A DNA stretch of 64,000 nt from an uncultured Nitrososphaerota archaeon (GTDB lineage Archaea > Thermoproteota > Nitrososphaeria > Nitrososphaerales > CADDZS01): the NCBI GenBank assembly GCA_963799845.1, contig CAWCYI010000006.1, positions 1,687,266 through 1,751,265 of the forward strand. The letters are read 5' to 3'. The translations under genes were made by a program, and so were the position numbers. This document shows, one piece after another, positions 61,055-64,000 of the stretch. The notes under the pieces are model-generated. The model worked only from the letters and a program-made list of their open reading frames with translations. It was not told the DNA's origin and did not search any database. Position 1 is the first letter of the stretch. Each line of letters starts with the position of its first letter.

Positions 61055-61642
61055 AGGCATAACCAACAAGCCCCAAACACGCCTAACGCCTTACTGAATT
61101 ACGCTTATTCGTTCTTGAAGATATACGTAAGACGCTCTCTAAACCTCGTAGGCCTAGATTCTACTCTTCCTTTTCTTCACGACTTACGGAAAAACAGTGG
61201 TCTAGTTTACGATCTAATGGAACTCTGGAGAACAAACTGCGATTACTCTGTGCTTCAAACACTTGAGATAATGAAACGCCAGAAGAAGAAACAGCATGCT
61301 ATTTCCTTCGTGGTAAAAGACGGATACGAAGTCAGACTAGAACCTGACACGGTGAATACACTTCTCGAAAGGCTGAGATCCAATATTTCTCATCAGGAAA
61401 TCATCTTCAATACTAGGATCCTATCTCGTTATCTTACAGGGAAGCGTAAGGATCTGTCCTTCGATTTAAGACCTGTAGAGGTTTCTAGAAAATTTGAAAC
61501 AGAGAAAGTAAAATCAAAAATCCTTTCCAAAACGGCCAGACAACTCAAGATGAATAAATCTACTCTCTGGTATCAGAAGAAAAGGCTAGAAGAGACTGGG
61601 GCCTTGAGGATCTACAGAAATACTAGGCATCATTTCGTTTAG
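61055..61642 (+). pseudogene. cas1: Truncated solo Cas1 of casposase type (catalytic C-terminal domain plus C-terminal HTH)
   Basis: The open frame extends upstream of the called ORF: HNQQAPNTPNALLNYAYSFL...VGLDSTLPFLH...LVYDLMELWR; tail ARQLKMNKSTLWYQKK. The N-terminal domain is absent. Confidence 0.85.
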
Positions 61643-61659
61643 CAGAAGTCGATTTTTGC

Positions 61660-62325
61660 TTGGCTGACCGGCCTTTTTTTGATATGCGATATGCTTTCCC
61701 CGGTTACACGCTTCTTTTAATTCTGTCCACGATCTATATACTTTCGATAATTCAGAAGCCCACTATTCTCCGTGTTCTTGCTACAACGGGTTTTTCAGGA
61801 GACCTTGTGTCTGGAATCATAATTGCCTTAGGCGGGGCTCCACTCGGATTCTTTCTGTCTCAATCTTGGTATTTTTTCCAATGGCCTATTAGTCATGATG
61901 GAATTGGGGGTATCGGAAGATCTCCTTTAGGTAGATATGTTGATACCTTAAGAATAAGGAACAGGCCGATCAGGTGGAACAGACGAAAGCTAGTAGTGGA
62001 TTATCTTGTCGTTCATTGTGCAAACAAAAAAGAATCAGGCTACATTAGTCGAAGATGGGATCTCTTGAATCTATTTGGTTCCGAGATTACCGTAATTGTC
62101 GAGGGCTACGTCATCATTCTTTTCCTAGGACTTGTCGATCCGAAGTTCTTACCTACACTGCCACTACTAGCACTTCCTTTCATAATTATGGCACTAGCGA
62201 TTTTGACTTTTTCCTTGAGTTTTATCATGATTAAACGGGAACAAGCACTTTTTATTGTGCAGGTTTTGCGACAATGCCATTGTGCTCAGACTTTACTGGA
62301 CTCCTTTCCTGACGATTATGTATGA
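61660..62325 (+). CDS. Hypothetical membrane protein
   Basis: 221 aa with about four hydrophobic segments. Confidence 0.65.
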   Translation: MADRPFFDMRYAFPGYTLLLILSTIYILSIIQKPTILRVLATTGFSGDLVSGIIIALGGAPLGFFLSQSWYFFQWPISHDGIGGIGRSPLGRYVDTLRIRNRPIRWNRRKLVVDYLVVHCANKKESGYISRRWDLLNLFGSEITVIVEGYVIILFLGLVDPKFLPTLPLLALPFIIMALAILTFSLSFIMIKREQALFIVQVLRQCHCAQTLLDSFPDDYV

Positions 62326-62507
62326 TCTCGATCCTCCTCGTACAGTGCATGGACTATAGACCCTCAACTTCTCACCGTTTTATTAAATCCAATTATCATC
62401 GTAATAGTCCTCTCCATCATAACATTCCTTTGGGCTCTGATTATCGATAGACGCTATAGTGCTTATATCACTAGGCTACTTGGTGATTTCACGACTCATG
62501 GCTGAAC

Positions 62508-62879
62508 ATGACACGCTTCAAGTCTGTTGGGATTTTCATACTCATTTATGTTGGAATCGTGGCAATAATTTTTCTGTTTCATTTACCATACTCAAAACAA
62601 ATTGAGTACTCAGAATTACTCGGATTACTAATGATTGTAATTTCGTCAACGTATTTTCTCTTTTCGCATTCGAATATCCCCAAAGAGACTCTGAAAAATC
62701 ATTACAAAACGCTCGCAAATGGAGCTTTTACAAAGATGAGAGACGCTAAGGTAGTGATTTCTTCGAGACATTCCTTTGATTTTCCAGAGGATGAAACCAT
62801 CTCAAAAATTCCACTATTTCTGGAAATTCAAGATCCCAAAATTGATGTAAAGATGTACGCGATGGCACGCAGGCATCTA
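62508..62879 (+). pseudogene. Membrane protein truncated by IS630 insertion
   Basis: Two N-terminal TM helices; the ORF runs into the IS left end and stops inside the IR. Confidence 0.6.
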
Positions 62880-64000
62880 ACCTGGCCGACATAAATTATT
62901 AGACTGAAAGGGCCACAGACCTAGACATTCTCATTTTTGGCCAACTTCCCTTCCTATCTCAGGTTGTATGTCTCGATTACAGGCACCGAAGGAGATTGTT
63001 GAAGAGGCTTATAGAGAGGAGAGGGACGCAAACGTAAGCAAGAGGATATTCCTCGTTCTGAAGGTCAAGTACGAGGGTGTCCCGGCGTCGCACGTAGCAA
63101 GGGAAGTTCACCGGCACAAATCATGGACGACACCGTGGCTTAGACGTTTCGAGAAAGATGGGCTAGAAGGACTCAAGACGATGGAAAGGAGCGGGAGACC
63201 TCCGAAGCTCGATCACAACAAGTTCATTGCGGTGAAGAGGAAGGTCGTGAAGAACGAATGCGGCTGGACCGTGAAGGAGGTCAGGGAGATGATCCGCAAG
63301 GAAGCAGACGTGGCATACACTGAGAGACACATCTACAGGTTGATGCAGAAGTGGGGAGTGAGAGCAATTGTCCCTGACAAGAGGTTACTTCACAAGGCTT
63401 CCCTCGAAGAGAGGCTCGAATTTAAAAAAGGACCGCAAGACTCCTCAGGAATATCCCGGAAGGCTTCACCGTAGCATCCGAAGACGAATCAATCTTCGTC
63501 CAGAACATAGAAACCAAAAGGGTGTGGGCGGTCAAAGGGATTCGACCGATTCGGATTGTGTCAGGCTCGCACGGCAACACCGTGGTGTTTGGAGCGATCA
63601 GCCTGGACGGGACACAAATCTTCAGGCAGTACGAGAAATTCAATGGCGAGACATTCCTCGACTACCTGAAGAAGGTGCACAGGAAGTTTGGATCACTCTA
63701 TCTCTTCCTTGACAAAGCAAGGCAACACCACAAAACCAGGATCGTAACTGATTATTTGGGTAAGAACAGGAAGACTCTCAGAGTCAGATGGATCCCGACA
63801 GCTTCGCCAGAGTTCAACATGATGGAGGAGTGTTGGCGCGAGGGTGAGAAGGATCTCTCAAGGCTTCCAACCTTTCCGACGTCATTGAAAGAACTGAAAT
63901 CAATCCTGGCAGAATACTATCGAACGCGAAGGTTTTGCTCGCATCTTGACATGAAGAAATTCCTTCTGACCAACAGGTGTCTATGAACTTATGTCGGCCA
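62880..64000 (+). mobile_element. IS630-family insertion sequence (last few bases beyond the window)
   Basis: Preceded by TA (62878-62879); IR TGGCCGACATAAATTATTAGAC versus GTCTATGAACTTATGTCGGCCA at the window end. Confidence 0.88.
62968..63986 (+). CDS. IS630 transposase in two ORFs joined by a -1 frameshift at TTTAAAAAAG (63421-63430)
   Basis: ORF A has HTH, RSGRPPKL and GWT. The -1 frame gives KRTARLL...SEDES...FLDKARQH...SPEFNMMEECW. Confidence 0.9.

Noticed and set aside
59399-61642. CRISPR array next to cas1
   Set aside because: Only two repeat copies, separated by a whole gene rather than a 30-45 bp spacer; no other cas genes.
854-63712. Numerous short antisense or overlapping ORFs in the track (e.g. 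7609-8127, 13790-14377, 31635-32207, 57909-58454)
   Set aside because: They overlap well-supported genes on the opposite strand or in another frame and show no recognisable motifs.

Overview
Archaeal genomic DNA, most likely from a non-ammonia-oxidising Nitrososphaerota (Thaumarchaeota) relative. This is inferred from gene types (TrmB, ISH3, F420-type LLM oxidoreductases, Ser/Thr-linker surface proteins, casposase-like Cas1), not from a marker gene. Many genes carry single frameshifts, which suggests long-read assembly errors. The window has three parts. (1) 1-28 kb is ordinary housekeeping and accessory DNA: vapBC, MoxR/DUF4129, oxoprolinase A/B plus pyroglutamyl peptidase, Hsp20, ABC1 kinase and PiT/DUF47. 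Two intact-ended IS elements (ISH3, IS1182) each split a host gene here. (2) About 28.5-54 kb is a dense catabolic cluster. It has an HmfA-like (2-furoyl-CoA dehydrogenase-type) molybdoenzyme large subunit, a UbiD decarboxylase, a two-subunit CoA-transferase, alcohol and aldehyde dehydrogenases, two PTER-like amidohydrolases, a nitrilase-family amidase, a ThDP enzyme, an IlvD-family dehydratase, a GH88 with a rewired active site, an orphan SBP and TrmB. It is a candidate undescribed archaeal pathway for furan or other heteroaromatic carboxylates. (3) 54-64 kb is a decayed mobile region: an IS110 stub, ParB-like/HTH, Mrr-N and RHH genes, a DHFR-like gene bracketed by a 40-bp hairpin direct repeat, a truncated casposase-type cas1 and an IS630. 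No rRNA, tRNA or CRISPR array was seen. All family calls come from recalled motifs; no database search was run.
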